DNA from: Paragordius varius
Taxonomy: Eukaryota > Animalia > Nematomorpha
Reading direction: 5' to 3'
DNA: 64,000 nt
Assembly: GCA_964247055.1 (NCBI GenBank)
Contig: OZ176058.1
Span: forward strand, 4,774,001-4,838,000
A program made the translations under genes and the position numbers. Below, piece by piece: positions 49,361 through 62,567 of this stretch (position 1 is its first letter; every line of letters begins with the position of its first letter). Below the pieces are notes generated by a model that did no database searches, was not told where the DNA came from, and worked only from the letters and a program-made list of their open reading frames with translations.

Positions 49361-52300
49361 GTAAACTATGGAATTGAAAAAATTGGTCAAAAAATTATTG
49401 AATTAGATGCGTTACATGTTAAGAAAGTTAGTATGCCAACATTAGATGATACCACTTATAATACCAATCAAATAAATGTCACCAATAATCCTAATTTCGA
49501 CATTCAAAAGAAGAGTGAACAAATAACTCAGGTAAATTATTCAAAATTATAGGTAAAAATGTTTTAAAAATTGATTAAAATTAAAAAATTTGGAAAAAAT
49601 CAAAAAAGTTGAAAAAATTGATATATATTAATATATATATAGATATATATATAGTTTTGTAAGAATTGTTACTTATATTTTATTTATATCTGGAAAAAGT
49701 TTTTTAAAAAACTCTCTACAATTAAGGATATTACAGTTAAAAATTCTCTAAAAATCTTTTATAAATCAAAAAATTTGCTAAAAATATAAAAAAATTGATA
49801 TTTATTTAGATTTTTTTGTGAGAATTGATATATATTTGGTATGGGTTATCTTTATATCTGAAAAAAAAATTTATTTAAAAAACTATTTACATTATTAAGG
49901 ATATTAAAAAGTAAAAATGTTATGTGTTTAAAATATAAAAAAATGGATATTTATTGAGATTTTTTGTCAGAATTGAGACATATATTGTATGTGTTATAAT
50001 TATATTTGAACAAAAAAAGTTTGTAAAAAACTACATAAATAAGGATATTACAGGTAAAAATTCTTTGAAAAGTATTATCAAAAGATCTAAAAACATATAA
50101 AAAATAGATAATTATTGAGATTTTTTTGAGAATTGTCAAATATACTGTATGGGTTATCTTTATATCTGAACAAAAAAAGTTTTTTTTAAAAAAATACACA
50201 ATTATGGATATTACAGGTGAAAATGTTTTAAAAATGTTTTAAAAATCAAAAAATATAAAAAAATGGAAAAATTTCAAAAAATTGATAAAAATATGGATAA
50301 TTTAGTTTGTTGAGAATTGTTACATATATCGTATGGATCTTTATATCTGAAAAAATGGTTTTTTAAAAAAACTACACAAAGGTTATTACAGGTAAAAATT
50401 CTCTAAAAATCTTTTATAAATCAAAAAATTTCCTAAAAATTTAAGAAATTACAAAAATGGATATTTATTGAGATTTTTGTGAGAATTGTCAAATATATGG
50501 GTTATCTTTATATCCGATAAAAGTTTTTTTTAAAAAATTACACAATTATGGATATTACAGGTAAAAATGTTAAATGTGTTTGTTCTGATAGACAAATATT
50601 TTTTTGAATTTTTTTTCATTGTTTGATTATATACTAAAATAAATGTCGCCAATAATCTTGATATTCTAAAGAAGAGTGAATAAATTACTCAGGTAAATTG
50701 AAAATTACAGATAAAAATGTTTTAAAGAGTATCAAAAAGTCAAAAATTCAAAAAATCTAAAAAAATGAATATTTATTGAGATTTTTTTGTCAGAATTGAT
50801 AGATACATTGTATGGGTTATTGTTAATTTGAAAAAATGGTTTTTTTAAAAAACCACACAATTAAAAAGGATATTACTGGTAAAAATGTTTAAAAAAAATT
50901 GAATGTTACAACAGGTAAAAATTAATAAAATTTTGTTAAATTCAAAAGATGGTAGTAATGTTATAAAATACTTTTTGATCAAATTTTTTATGTAAAACAT
51001 AAAAATTGCCTTATATCTAAGAAAAGTATTATCAAAAAAAGTTAAAAACACGACAGAATTCCTTTAAATTTTACATCAAAAAATGGATGTTTCTAACAAT
51101 AAAATTCGACAAAGTTTTATATTATAATGAAAACGTAAAATTATAAGACAGATCTTTTTTTTCAAAGGACCACTCTACTTTATTAATGCTTGAATTTTTT
51201 TAAATTGTTTCTTATAAACTGCAAACACCTATATATATATATATATATTAAATTATCTAAATAAATAAGTTTTAACATTGTATGGTGCTTAAAAAATTTT
51301 TTTAACTCTATCTCTGTGTATAATTTCAGTTTTTTTATTGAATCTTTTAATTTTTTTGTCTCTTAATATACCATTTACAGTTCAAATTTACCCTAGAACA
51401 ATTCAAATTCACCCTAAATATAAATTATGTGTTATCGAACTAATATAACTCTCATTATTATTATGAAATATATCTTTATGGCATATAGTTTATAATTTTT
51501 TGAGTATACTATTTTAATTTAAAACAACATTTTATATAAAGGTAATTTTTATTATTTTAAAAAACATAATTTATTTTTAGGGTGAATTTGAATTGTTCAA
51601 GGGTGAATTTGAGTTGTTTTAGGGTGAATTTGAATTGTGTTTAGGGTGAATTTGTCTCTTTACAATTTGTGATTCTGTTTAATATAAGCAATTTTTACTG
51701 TGTTATTTACTTTTTTTCGTAAAATATCCGGATGAGTTTTTAAAAAACTAGATATTTTCCATTTTTTGATAAAATAAAATATTTTTATTACTTAAAAAAA
51801 TATCTAGATGTTACAACATTGTCAATCCCTAGTCAAACGCATAAATAATCAAAAACAACTTCAACTCAACAATAACACGAATACAGAAGGGAAAATTAGC
51901 CCTAAGGAATTTCAACTTAAACGCAATATTACAACTTTCCTAGCTCGACAATTGTGTGACCTTACCTTGTCTTTTCGACGAAGTCAATCCACTTACCTTA
52001 AAGGTTTTGCTTTGAAATTGAAATTTTTAATTTTTTTGAGTTTTTGAAAAATTAAATTGAGAAAAAGATTCATATTTTGAGTATTAAAATCTGTATAAAA
52101 AAGTGAAACTTAAACGCAAAATCAACTTTTTCAGTTATAAAATTGTGTAATTTACCCTTTCGACGGAATCAATTTACTTATCTTAAAGGGTTTGCTTTAA
52201 AGTTTTTGAATTTTCAAAGTGAATAAAATAATTTTTTGAGTTTTGTAACAAATTCTGTTGAAAACGCTTTAAAATTGCCACTTAAACGTAATATAACAAC

Positions 52301-55300
52301 CTTCCTAGTTAAAAAATTGTGTGATTTAACCTTGTCTTTTCGACGAAGTCAATCCACTTACCTTAAAGGTTTTTTTGTAATTTGATTTTTTGAGTTTTCT
52401 GGAAATTGATTTTTTGAAAATGTTTCAGAGTGAATAAAATAGCTAGTTTTTTGAGGTTTTTCTATTAAAAACGCCTAAGAAATGCCATTTAAACGCAATA
52501 AAACAACTTTCCTAGCGAAACAATTGTGTGACTTAACCGTGTCTTTTCGCCGAAATCCACCTATCTTAAAGGTTTTGCTTTGAAATTCGAATTTTTTGAG
52601 TTTTAAAGCGTTTCAAAGTAAATAATTAACTAATTTTTGGGTTTTAAAACTAATTCTTAATAAAAAAAAAACGCTTAAGAAATGCCATTTAAACATTATA
52701 TGACTTAATTCTGTCTTTTCGACGAAGTCAATCCACTTATCTTAAAGGTTTTTTTGTAATTTGAAATTTTAATTTTTTTGAGTTTTAAAACAAATTCTTA
52801 CGCTTCAAGAAAAGCATTTTTAACGCAAAAAAACATTTCAGTTAAAAAATTGTGTGATTTAACCTTGTCTTTTCGCCGAAGTCAATCCACTTATCTTAAA
52901 GGTTCAAAATTGAGTTTTCTCGTAAAAATTGAAATTTTTAAACATTAAAAGAATAATTTTTTTGCGTTTTAAAACAAATAATTCGTTAAAACCCTTCAAG
53001 TAATCCCACTTAAACATTATATGACTTAATTCTGTCTTTTCTACGAAGTCAATCCATTCACCTTAAAGGGAAATTCAAATTTTTTGAGTTTTAAAACAAA
53101 TTCTTCATAAAAACGCTTCAAGAAATTTAAACGCAATATAACAACTTTCCTAGCGAAACAATTGTGTGACCTTACCTTGTCTTTTCGCCGAAGTCAATCC
53201 ACTTACCTTAAAGGTTTTGCCTTAAAGTTTTAATTTTCTTGAGTTTTTAAACAAATTCTGTTGAAAAAACGCTTCAAGAAATGCAACTTAAACGTAATAT
53301 AACAACTTTTTTAGCTAAACAATTGTGTGACCTTACCTTGTCTTTTCGACGAAGTCAATCCACTTATCTTAAAGGTTTTGCTTTAAAGGTTTCTGAAAAT
53401 TGAAAATTTGAAAATGTTTCAGAGTGAATAAAATAGCTAGTTTTTTGAGGTTTTTCTATTAAAAACGCCTAAGAAATGCCATTTAAACATTATATGACTT
53501 AATTCTGTCTTTTCGCCGAAGTTAATCCATTCACCTTAAAGGTTTTGCTTTGAAGTTTTTGAATTTTCAAAGTTTGAGTTTTTTAACAAATTCTGTTGAA
53601 AAACGCCTTAATTATGCAACTTAAACGCAAAACAATTTTTCCTAGCTAAACAATTGTGTGACTTAACCTTGTCTTTTCGACGTAGTCAATCCACTTATCT
53701 TAAAGGTTTTGCTTTAAAGTTATGAAATGTTTCAGAGTGAATAAAATAACTAATTTTTTTGACTTTTAAAACAAAATCTGTTGAATAACGCTTCAAGGGA
53801 AAAAAATATATGTCCTCTTTTCATGTGTCATTTTAAGTTTTAAAAATCAAAAATTTTGGTTTCTTATGGGCAAAAAATATTTTATTATATAATTTGCATT
53901 TGGTTTTTAAAATTTTAACTTAACAATATATTTATTTAATATAGATTTTCAACAAAAATAATATAAGGGTTCTTGGAATTATTTGTATTTTAAACATTTT
54001 TTATTCATAATTGTTATGTCTTTATCTTTCTTGTTTTTAACTGAATTTTTTTGACCCCTAATAATTTTTTTATTTAATATAAAGTGTAAAAAAGTACACT
54101 ATTTGTAGAAGAAATTATATATTAATTTTTACATTTTTTGCCTTTATAAAATATAATATACAGTATGAGTAAGTATATATATATATATATATATTGCTAG
54201 AAAGTTATTTATTATTGCCAAATAGTAAATACAAAAAAGGGGGCTTAGAGTTATTTTTACTTTTTATTATTATTAGCCAATAATAGTGCGCCCTTTATTG
54301 TATTTACTATTTGGCAATATTTAATAACTCTCTGGCAATATATATTCACTCCTGTATTTAATAAATATATCAAACTTGAAATGTTCAAAGGACCAACTTG
54401 AAGTGTTTAAGGACACTCTTTATGTGCAAATGGTCCAAAAAATTTTAAAAATAAATGTATGGCGTCTTAAAAACATTTGTAGTTTAATGTTAAATAATTT
54501 ATATTATTTACTTAGAAATTGAAAGATTTCAAACACTGTATGAACAATACAATACGACCCCCACCATGGATTATAAAACAGCCACAAACGCAAAGGCAAA
54601 TGTTAATCATGAAAATATTACAGTAAAAATTGTATTTATATATATAAAACGTAAAAATATAAAGACAACAATTTTTTTAAAAGACAACCAACCATACTTT
54701 TAAAAACCTTGAAATTTTTTCCATAGAATCTATTTGAAATTTCATTTTAAAATATATAATTGAATGGATTAACACAATTTACATAACTAATCTTTATTTT
54801 GCAACTCAAAACAATAAGTAAAATTTTGAATAAATTAAGGTATATACCATTTACAATTCAAATTCACCCTCAAACAATCCAAATTCACCCTTAAACGATA
54901 TATTATGTGTTTTCTTTCAATCTAACATAACTCATCATTAATATGAAATATATTTTTTGGATATAGTTTATTATTTTTTCAGCATTATATAAATTTTAAA
55001 CAAAATATCATATTTTGAAAAATATCAAAAAATAAAGGTAATTTTTAATTTTAAACAAAAACACATAATTTATTTTAGGATAAATTTAATTGTTCAAGGG
55101 TGATATTTAATAGTTCAAAGGTAAATTTGATTTGTTCGTGGGTGGATTTAAATTGTTTAAGAGTGATTTTTAATTGTTCAAAGGTGAATTGAATAGTTCA
55201 AAGGTGAATTCGAATTGTACGCAAGGGTAAATTTGATTTGTTTGAGGTGAATTTGAACTGTAAATGGTAGATTTAAATTCTTTTTAAATTGTTTAAGGGT

Positions 55301-58300
55301 AAATTTAAGGGTAATATTTTATAGTTTAAAGGTGGATTCGAATTGTTCACAAGAGTGAATTTGATTGTTCAAGGGTGATTTTTAATTGTTCAAGGGTGGA
55401 ATTTTTAAGGGTGATTTTGAATTGTTCAAGGGTGAGTTTAATTAGTTCTAAGGTGAATTCGAATTGTACGTGGTAGATTTGAATAGTTCAAGAGTGAATT
55501 TGAATTATTTAAGGGTGGATTTTAATTGTTTAAGGGAGAATTCAAATAGTTCAAAGGTTAAGTTGAATTGTACACAAGGGTAGATTTGAACTGTAAATAG
55601 CATATTAATTTAAAAGTATGGAGTTGGTTGTCTTTTAGAAATAAAAATATTCTTAATATTTTTACCTATTTTGTCTTTTTTACTTTAAAAATAAAAAAAA
55701 ACTATTTAGGAACACGATGAAACTAACAATACAAAAATCTTGTGGGAAAATAAATTGACTTCATCGAATTCTCTACACCCCAGCGATAATAATGTTATAA
55801 TGTCTGATATGGATATAAACTATCAAAAATCAAATGATAATTCCTTAAACCCAAATTTTGAACGCTTTCAAAAAGTGAGTTTTAAATAGTTTATATCCAA
55901 ATATTGGATACTCTTTTTTTAATTTATAATTGCAAGAAAAAAAGCTAGTAGTATTTTTGAAAAAATATTTGTCTTTATATTATCACGTTTTGTCCGTATA
56001 AATTTAATTTTTATTGTGATAAAAAAAGCTTTGTTTTAAATTTAAAAACTATTATATTATATTACATAAATAATAATGTTGAAATATGAAATTTTTTAAA
56101 ATTTTAAATAAAATTATCAAAAAAATATAACTAAAATAATGTTAATTGTTTTAAAAATTATTATTAAAATTGTATAATTTAATACAAATATTTTGCAATC
56201 CATATAAGAATATAGAAAAAAATTTATTAAATCAATTATACTAATAATTAAATTTTCAAAAAAAAATGTTTTATTTTAAAATTTTTTAGTATATAATTGA
56301 TTTTATAAACTTTTTGTTTCTTTATAATTATATGGATTCCAAGATATTTGTATTATTAATAATTTTTTAAAAAAATAACATTTTTTTAAATTATAATCAC
56401 GAAAATTAAAACATTTTATTTTAAAACTTATTAATATAATTGATTTCATAAACTTTTTTTCTTTATAATTATATGGATTCCAAGATATTTGTATTATTAA
56501 TAATTTAAAAAAATAACATTTTTTTTTTCGATAATTTTAACTATAATATTAAAAAAAATCAAATTTAAACAATATTATTAGGATATATAATATAATAATT
56601 ATTAATTTAATATAAGTTTTAAGCCTTTTTTAAATTATACAGTAAAGTTTGATATTATATCGTATCGTCTTTGTGTAATGGCTAGCCATTGTATCCGTAT
56701 AGAAGTTGTCTGTAATATTTGCGATCCTGCCAGGCGTTATCATCAATGTTGGCAACACTTAAATCATTATTTATTGTTTTTTCCCAGTTGAATGTTGGTC
56801 TGCCCCTGCGATTGTTACCTTCGGGATGTAGGGATAAAATTTTATTTGTCCATTGTTCTGGAGCACGTTTGATGTGTCCGAAATATCTGAGCCTATTTTT
56901 TCTGAGCATGACATTTAAAGGTTCAATTTGGTAGAGTTGATGTAAATTTGAATTTGACTTATTGGGTTGGAATAAATTTAGTATCCGTTTTTCTAAGTTC
57001 ATTAGTTTTTTCTCGATTGAATCTGTCATCGGCCACGTTTCGCAACCATACAGGAGTATGGGACGTATGCCGGCTTTGTAAATCAAACCTTTGTTTTTTG
57101 CTGATATGTGTTTATTTTTGAGGACAAATTTAAGTTGATGATATTTTACCCAAGCCTGTTGGGATCTATATTTAACTGATTGGTTTATTCCACCTAGGCA
57201 ATGTATGACATCACCCAAGTATTTGAAATTATTCACCAATTCGATTTTGGTGTCTGCCATATAAACGTAATTTAGGGAAGTGGATGAGTTATTTATTGTT
57301 TTATTTTTACATGATTCACATATAAATTTGTCATTATTGATTAGTTTCCCTTTTATAAGCGAGCACTTTTTGTGTACCCACTTATTGCATGATGTACATA
57401 GGATTGAATTGAGTTTAACATCTAAATCACATACTCCACATGGAAACTTAGGTCGTTCATATACAGTTTCACCCGTTATCATCACCTTTGTTTTGCTTAT
57501 ATTTATATTCATTCCACCCTTTTCTAAGTGTAATTTCCATGTGTTGTACTTTTGATTTAATGCTTCCATTGATGTTGCGGTGAGGACAATGTCGTCCGCA
57601 TAGATAAGTTCCCATGGTGGGCCTTGTTTTATATCTTTTGTTAGGTAATCCATTATTAATATGAAGAGTAGAGGGCTTAGGATGGAGCCTTGATGAAGAC
57701 CAGATTCGTTTGGAACAAAAGCTGTGTTACCTAGTGTTAATCTGACGCAGTTTGTTGTTTTGTAGTACATCATTTCTATTGATTTAATTATCCACTCATC
57801 TACATTATTGGCTCGTAGTGTGGATGTGATCAACTTCCTGGGGATACAATCAAAGGCCCTTTGTAAATCAATAAAAACATGATATAGTTTTTTATTTTTC
57901 GCTAAATAGTTCTCTTGCAATCTTCTCAAAATGAAGATTGCATCAATTGTGCTACTGTTTGGTTTATAGGCATATTGTGATTCCTGTATACAAACGATTG
58001 ATCTTAGTTTTGATTCAATAATGGATTCAAAAATTTTTAACGGGTGTTCCAATAACTTAAGTGGTCGGTAGGAGGAGCAAACGAGTATGTCTCCTTTGTT
58101 TTTATAAATGGGTATGATGGTGCTTTTTGACCAATCATTAGGGATGCGATTTGTTGATAAGATTAGATTGAATATGTTAGTTAAATGTATAATGCATTGT
58201 GGTAAAGCTTTGATCATGTCACAGCTGAGTTCAGATGGACCTGTAGCTTTGTTATTTTTCATCTTGGCCAAGGCATCTCTTACATCGTCTGTTGTTATCA

Positions 58301-61300
58301 ATGGTCGAGGACCAATTGCTGGTGGTTGGTTTATTGTTTCAAAATCATGTTTTTGTGCAAATTGTTCTTTGTAATACGTTGTCCAGACATTGCTTATGTC
58401 ACTCCACTCAGTTACTAGTTGTTGATCTTTATCTTTAATATAGGAAATTTGTTTAATGTCCTTTTTATTATTGTTAACTGAATTTATTGTTCGAAAAATC
58501 TTAAGATTTTTCATGTCTTGTTCTAATTTTTTAGCTAAATCCAAAGCTTTTTTGTTGGCTGAAATATTGATGGCTTGTTGTAAATTTTTATTTGATTTGA
58601 TATATGATTCCAAGTCTCTTTTATCTTTTGTTTGTTTCCATCTTTTATAGTTATTGCGTTTAATTTTAATTAAAGGTTTTATGGATTCTGACCACCACAA
58701 ATTTGATTGTTGTTTTTTCCTGTATATTTTCTTTCTGCCACAGCAATTAAGCACATTTGGGATGATGCTGTTTTTAAAATTATCCCAAGCTTGTTCAGAT
58801 GTTTTGTGGTTGAGGCTAAGCGATGCATTGACAGTTTCTGAGAGTTGAAGTTTAAGATCAGGAAGGTGTAATTTTTCTAAGTTTATTTTAGGTTTCTGGT
58901 TACTATGGTAATAGGATTTGTTTATTGTTATTATAGCTACAATTAATTTATGTTGCGTGTCAGTAAGGTATGTTTTAGAGTCTTTAATGAATTTTCTATC
59001 TTGAATGGGTGTTAAAATGTAGTCTACCATAGAATTTTGATTACCACTTGTATAAGTTATTAATTTCTTTGCTGGTTTCGTGAAGAGGGTATTGCAGATA
59101 GTAAGTCTAAGAGATGCGCAGTATTCCAATAATGTATCACCTTCTTTGTTACGGCTGCCAAAAGCGTTTCCTCCATGTATTCTCATATAGTCTTCACCAT
59201 TAGTGCCAACGTGGGAATTGAAATCTCCACCTATAAAAATTTTGTCATTTGGAGGTATTGCATGGGAAATGTCGTATAGTTGGTTCCAAAAGGCTTGTTT
59301 GGTTGCTTCGCTTAATCCAGACTGGGGAGCATAGATGGAAAGTATGTTAAGAATTTGTTTTTTAAAGCCGATACGTATTTGGATAATTCTTTCGTTGTGT
59401 CTGTTTACTTCTATTATATTATCACAATATTCATTTTTAATAGCTATAGCCACTCCATGTTGGCCTTTCATTTGACCTTTGTAGAAAATTGTATAATTGT
59501 CTATATTCAGCTTTCCCTCAGATTTATATCTTGTTTCCTGGAGGCAACAGATGTCAATGTTTTTCTCTTTTATTTGGTCGATAACTAAGTTTGATCTACC
59601 GACTAGCGTCGAGATATTCCAAGTGCCGATCTTAAGTGGTTTTACCATATTGTTGGGTGTTTTTTGATGTTTGTGGTTTTTTAGGAGAACATTAATATTG
59701 TTATCATGTAAATTAATATTATTATCAAAATTAAGATTATCACATATATTAATATCATTAATAAAATTATTTGTAAGATTAATATTATCATTTTTAAAAT
59801 ATATATCATTGTTTAAAAGTGTTGTCAATTCATTCATTATTTTCATATACGGTATGATTAAGGCGATTGTTTTACAATTTGCATGCCTTTGCAAATCAAG
59901 AGACTATTTCGGTGTCCCTGACCTATGGAATTGCCTTTCTGGGCTTACGGAGTTCCATCTCCGCTTACATATATTACAAATTGGTTGTTTCTAGCAACTG
60001 GTTATAGCGCCAGATAAACCCGCTTTATCATCTGTGTGAATGCAGGTATTGTGGTATTTTATAGGAAAAAATAATGGTAGTTTATTTTTTCCACCACACC
60101 CCACACAGATGATTTCTTTCCTTTGCCGCTCCCGTTGGTATTAACCAGGGTGCACCACGTGGAGGTGGGAGTCGGACTTTGCACCCCCACTGGAGGTGGG
60201 AGTCGGACTTTTAAAGACAAAATTTTTTTTCCAAAATCAAACACGTCATACTTTACGTATTCTTGCTTTCCAAGAAAAATCAATTAATTTACATAATTTT
60301 AAAATATCTAATTAAGCTGTTTGAGGCAATCATTTCAATCTATCCCTCTCTAATTCAAAATAATGAGTTTAGTTTTTAAAAAATTTAAGGTTTAGAAAGT
60401 TTAGAGGCAAGAAAGAATCAAAGATGAAGTGCTTTAATTATATATACACGCCATCTATATCTTACATTTAATTCTATTCAAAAAATTTATATTGTTTTAA
60501 GTTTTAGGAATATTTTAAATTGAAACAATATTATTTAGGAATAATATAATATTTGTATTAAATTTAAACAAGTTTAAGCTTTTTAATTTTTTATTATTAA
60601 ATTTTTTCAAAAAAATTTTTTTAATAATTAAATATTTTATTATTTAAATTTAAGCTTTTTCATTGATATAATTTTATATTTTAATAGTTTTTAAATATTT
60701 TCAAAAATATTTGAAAATAAAATTTATTAATAATTATTTAATTTACCAAATAAAGACATCCTTACAAAAGAGGGAAAAATTGTTTTCTGACATTGATGGT
60801 GAATTAAGTTATTACAGGGACAAAGAAAAAGAAATTAACAGCCTTGTCCAATCTATTCAGGATTTAAATGCTCTTTTCCAGGATATTGGCACTTTGGTGC
60901 AAGATCAGGTAAAAATTTTATTTTATTTTTAATTTAACTTTTTATCTTTTTGTTAAAATATTTTTAAGATATGATATATAAATTTAAAATATTATATATT
61001 ACATTTTTCATATAACTTTTAAATTTTTTATACTTAAGAATATTATATTAATTAATTAATTAATTGGAATTTTAAAAAAATATATAAATTATTGTGATAT
61101 CCATTTACATCTGTATTGCATATATCATGTACCATTTACAATTCAAAATTATCCTTGAAGAATTCTAATTTACCCTCAAACAATTCAAATCTCCCCTCAA
61201 AGAATTATATGTTTTTTAAAAATTTACCTATATTTTTAAAAAATAAAATTTTTTTTTAAATTAAAATTATATTAAAAAAATAAATAACTATGCCATAAAG

Positions 61301-61676
61301 ATGTATTTCATAGTAATTATAAGTTATATTAGAGTTCGAAAACATATTTTTAGGGTGAATTCGAATTGTTCGAGGGTGAATTTCTGTTTGAGGGTAAATC
61401 TAATCTGTAATTATATAACTCATGGTTTTAGATTATGCGGATTATATTATTATTATTTAGTTTTTAAAAACAAATTGTAGATGGCGTTCTTGTCAAAAAA
61501 ATTCATTCTTAATTTCTTGCATCGCTTATTACTGTACATATCTATTTCGTACTTTGCAACCTAAAACAACTAAATTTTAAAAATTTGTGGTTTTTAAAAT
61601 CTAGAGCTAGCTATGTTTTTTAAAAAAAATTGTTTTACTATTACATTACTTTTTTCTGTAGAGTTTCAATTTTTAC

Positions 61677-61762
<86 letters not shown>

Positions 61763-62567
61763 AATATACAGTATGTATTTTAATGGCTACTTATTTCACA
61801 CTATAGTAGGGCAATTTGCAACACAGTAGGGTATGGAAAAAACCATAAAATGTTGAATTAACATTATTGCCTTTCTTTTTTTCATACACTCTTGTGTTGC
61901 GAATTGCCCTACTAAAGTCATTAAAGATTGAAATTATACGGACAAAAAGTAAAAATTTACGGACGAATATTTTTTTTAAAGACAACCATACTTTTATAAA
62001 CCTTAATTTTTAAAAATATAAATCATTGTTTTAAATGTAAAGTATAATATTGATATGTATATTGGCGACACAATCAATTATATATTTTATATTTTAATTG
62101 TATTATAAGGTTTATAAAAGTATGGTTGTCTTTTTTTAAAAAATATTTGTCCTTATATTTTTACTTTTTGTTCGTATAATTTGAGTTTTTACTGTATATA
62201 TATATATATTCCCAGTATGCAACTCAAAACAATGAGTTATTCTTTAAATATCTACTTTAGAAAAGTTCAGTGGCTTTCTCTAAAAAAAATTCTTTCACAT
62301 TCTGTTTAATTTTAATTTTTATCGTATAAAAATGTAACAATTTTATATAATTTCAATTATTACTGTATACATATATAGGGTTCAACGTTAGATCGTATAG
62401 ATTACAGTATTGAACATTCGACGCAAACCATAAGCACAGGTTTAACCGAATTAACTAAAGCGGCAACTTTGCATAGCAGAGCGTCTTATGGCAAACTTTT
62501 ATGCATTTTCTCGTTGGCTTTTTTAGTTTTACTCTTGTGCGTGGCATTAATTATTCTGAAATTATAA
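49361..62567 (+). CDS. STX16: Second syntaxin-16 copy: exons 4-9 only, 319 open codons plus stop
   Basis: Exons 49361-49531, 51808-52003, 54516-54601 (or 54622), 55710-55874, 60756-60908 and 62379-62567; splice sites and frame are intact. No copy of exons 1-3 was found upstream on this strand. Confidence 0.8.
52004..53800 (+). repeat. Mirror satellite of the STX16 exon 5 end plus donor (10 units)
   Basis: gtcaatccactta(t/c)cttaaagg anchors at about 52165, 52348, 52553, 52728, 52880, 53048, 53192, 53360, 53520 and 53684. Confidence 0.95.
56651..60211 (-). mobile_element. Apparently full-length RTE-clade LINE inserted in intron 7 of the duplicated STX16, antisense to it
   Basis: Single ORF 56682-59894 (first ATG about 59849) with APE (GTWN, QET, YAP, GDFN, DYI), RT (YADD) and PHD domains. 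GC-rich 5' UTR to about 60211 and a short ACGAT-like 3' tail. Absent from the mirror arm (about 31720-31760). No TSD was recognised. Confidence 0.96.
61681..61759. repeat. (TA)n microsatellite; shorter tracts at about 37011, 39250, 45385, 49315 and 54175
   Basis: Direct inspection. Confidence 0.95.
61806..61912. mobile_element. 107 bp MITE with TA flanks, right arm only
   Basis: TA|GTAGGGCAATTTGCAACAC...GTGTTGCGAATTGCCCTAC|TA. Confidence 0.8.

Noticed and set aside
60059-60283. 74-aa ORF at the RTE 5' end as an ORF1
   Set aside because: Starts in flanking host/MITE sequence and crosses the insertion boundary; no recognisable motif.
4305-61490. AGATGGCG (YY1-like) motifs at about 4309, 31547, 60449 and 61478 as promoters
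   Set aside because: One lies in an RNF121 exon, two are mirror copies in an intron, and none is near a start codon.
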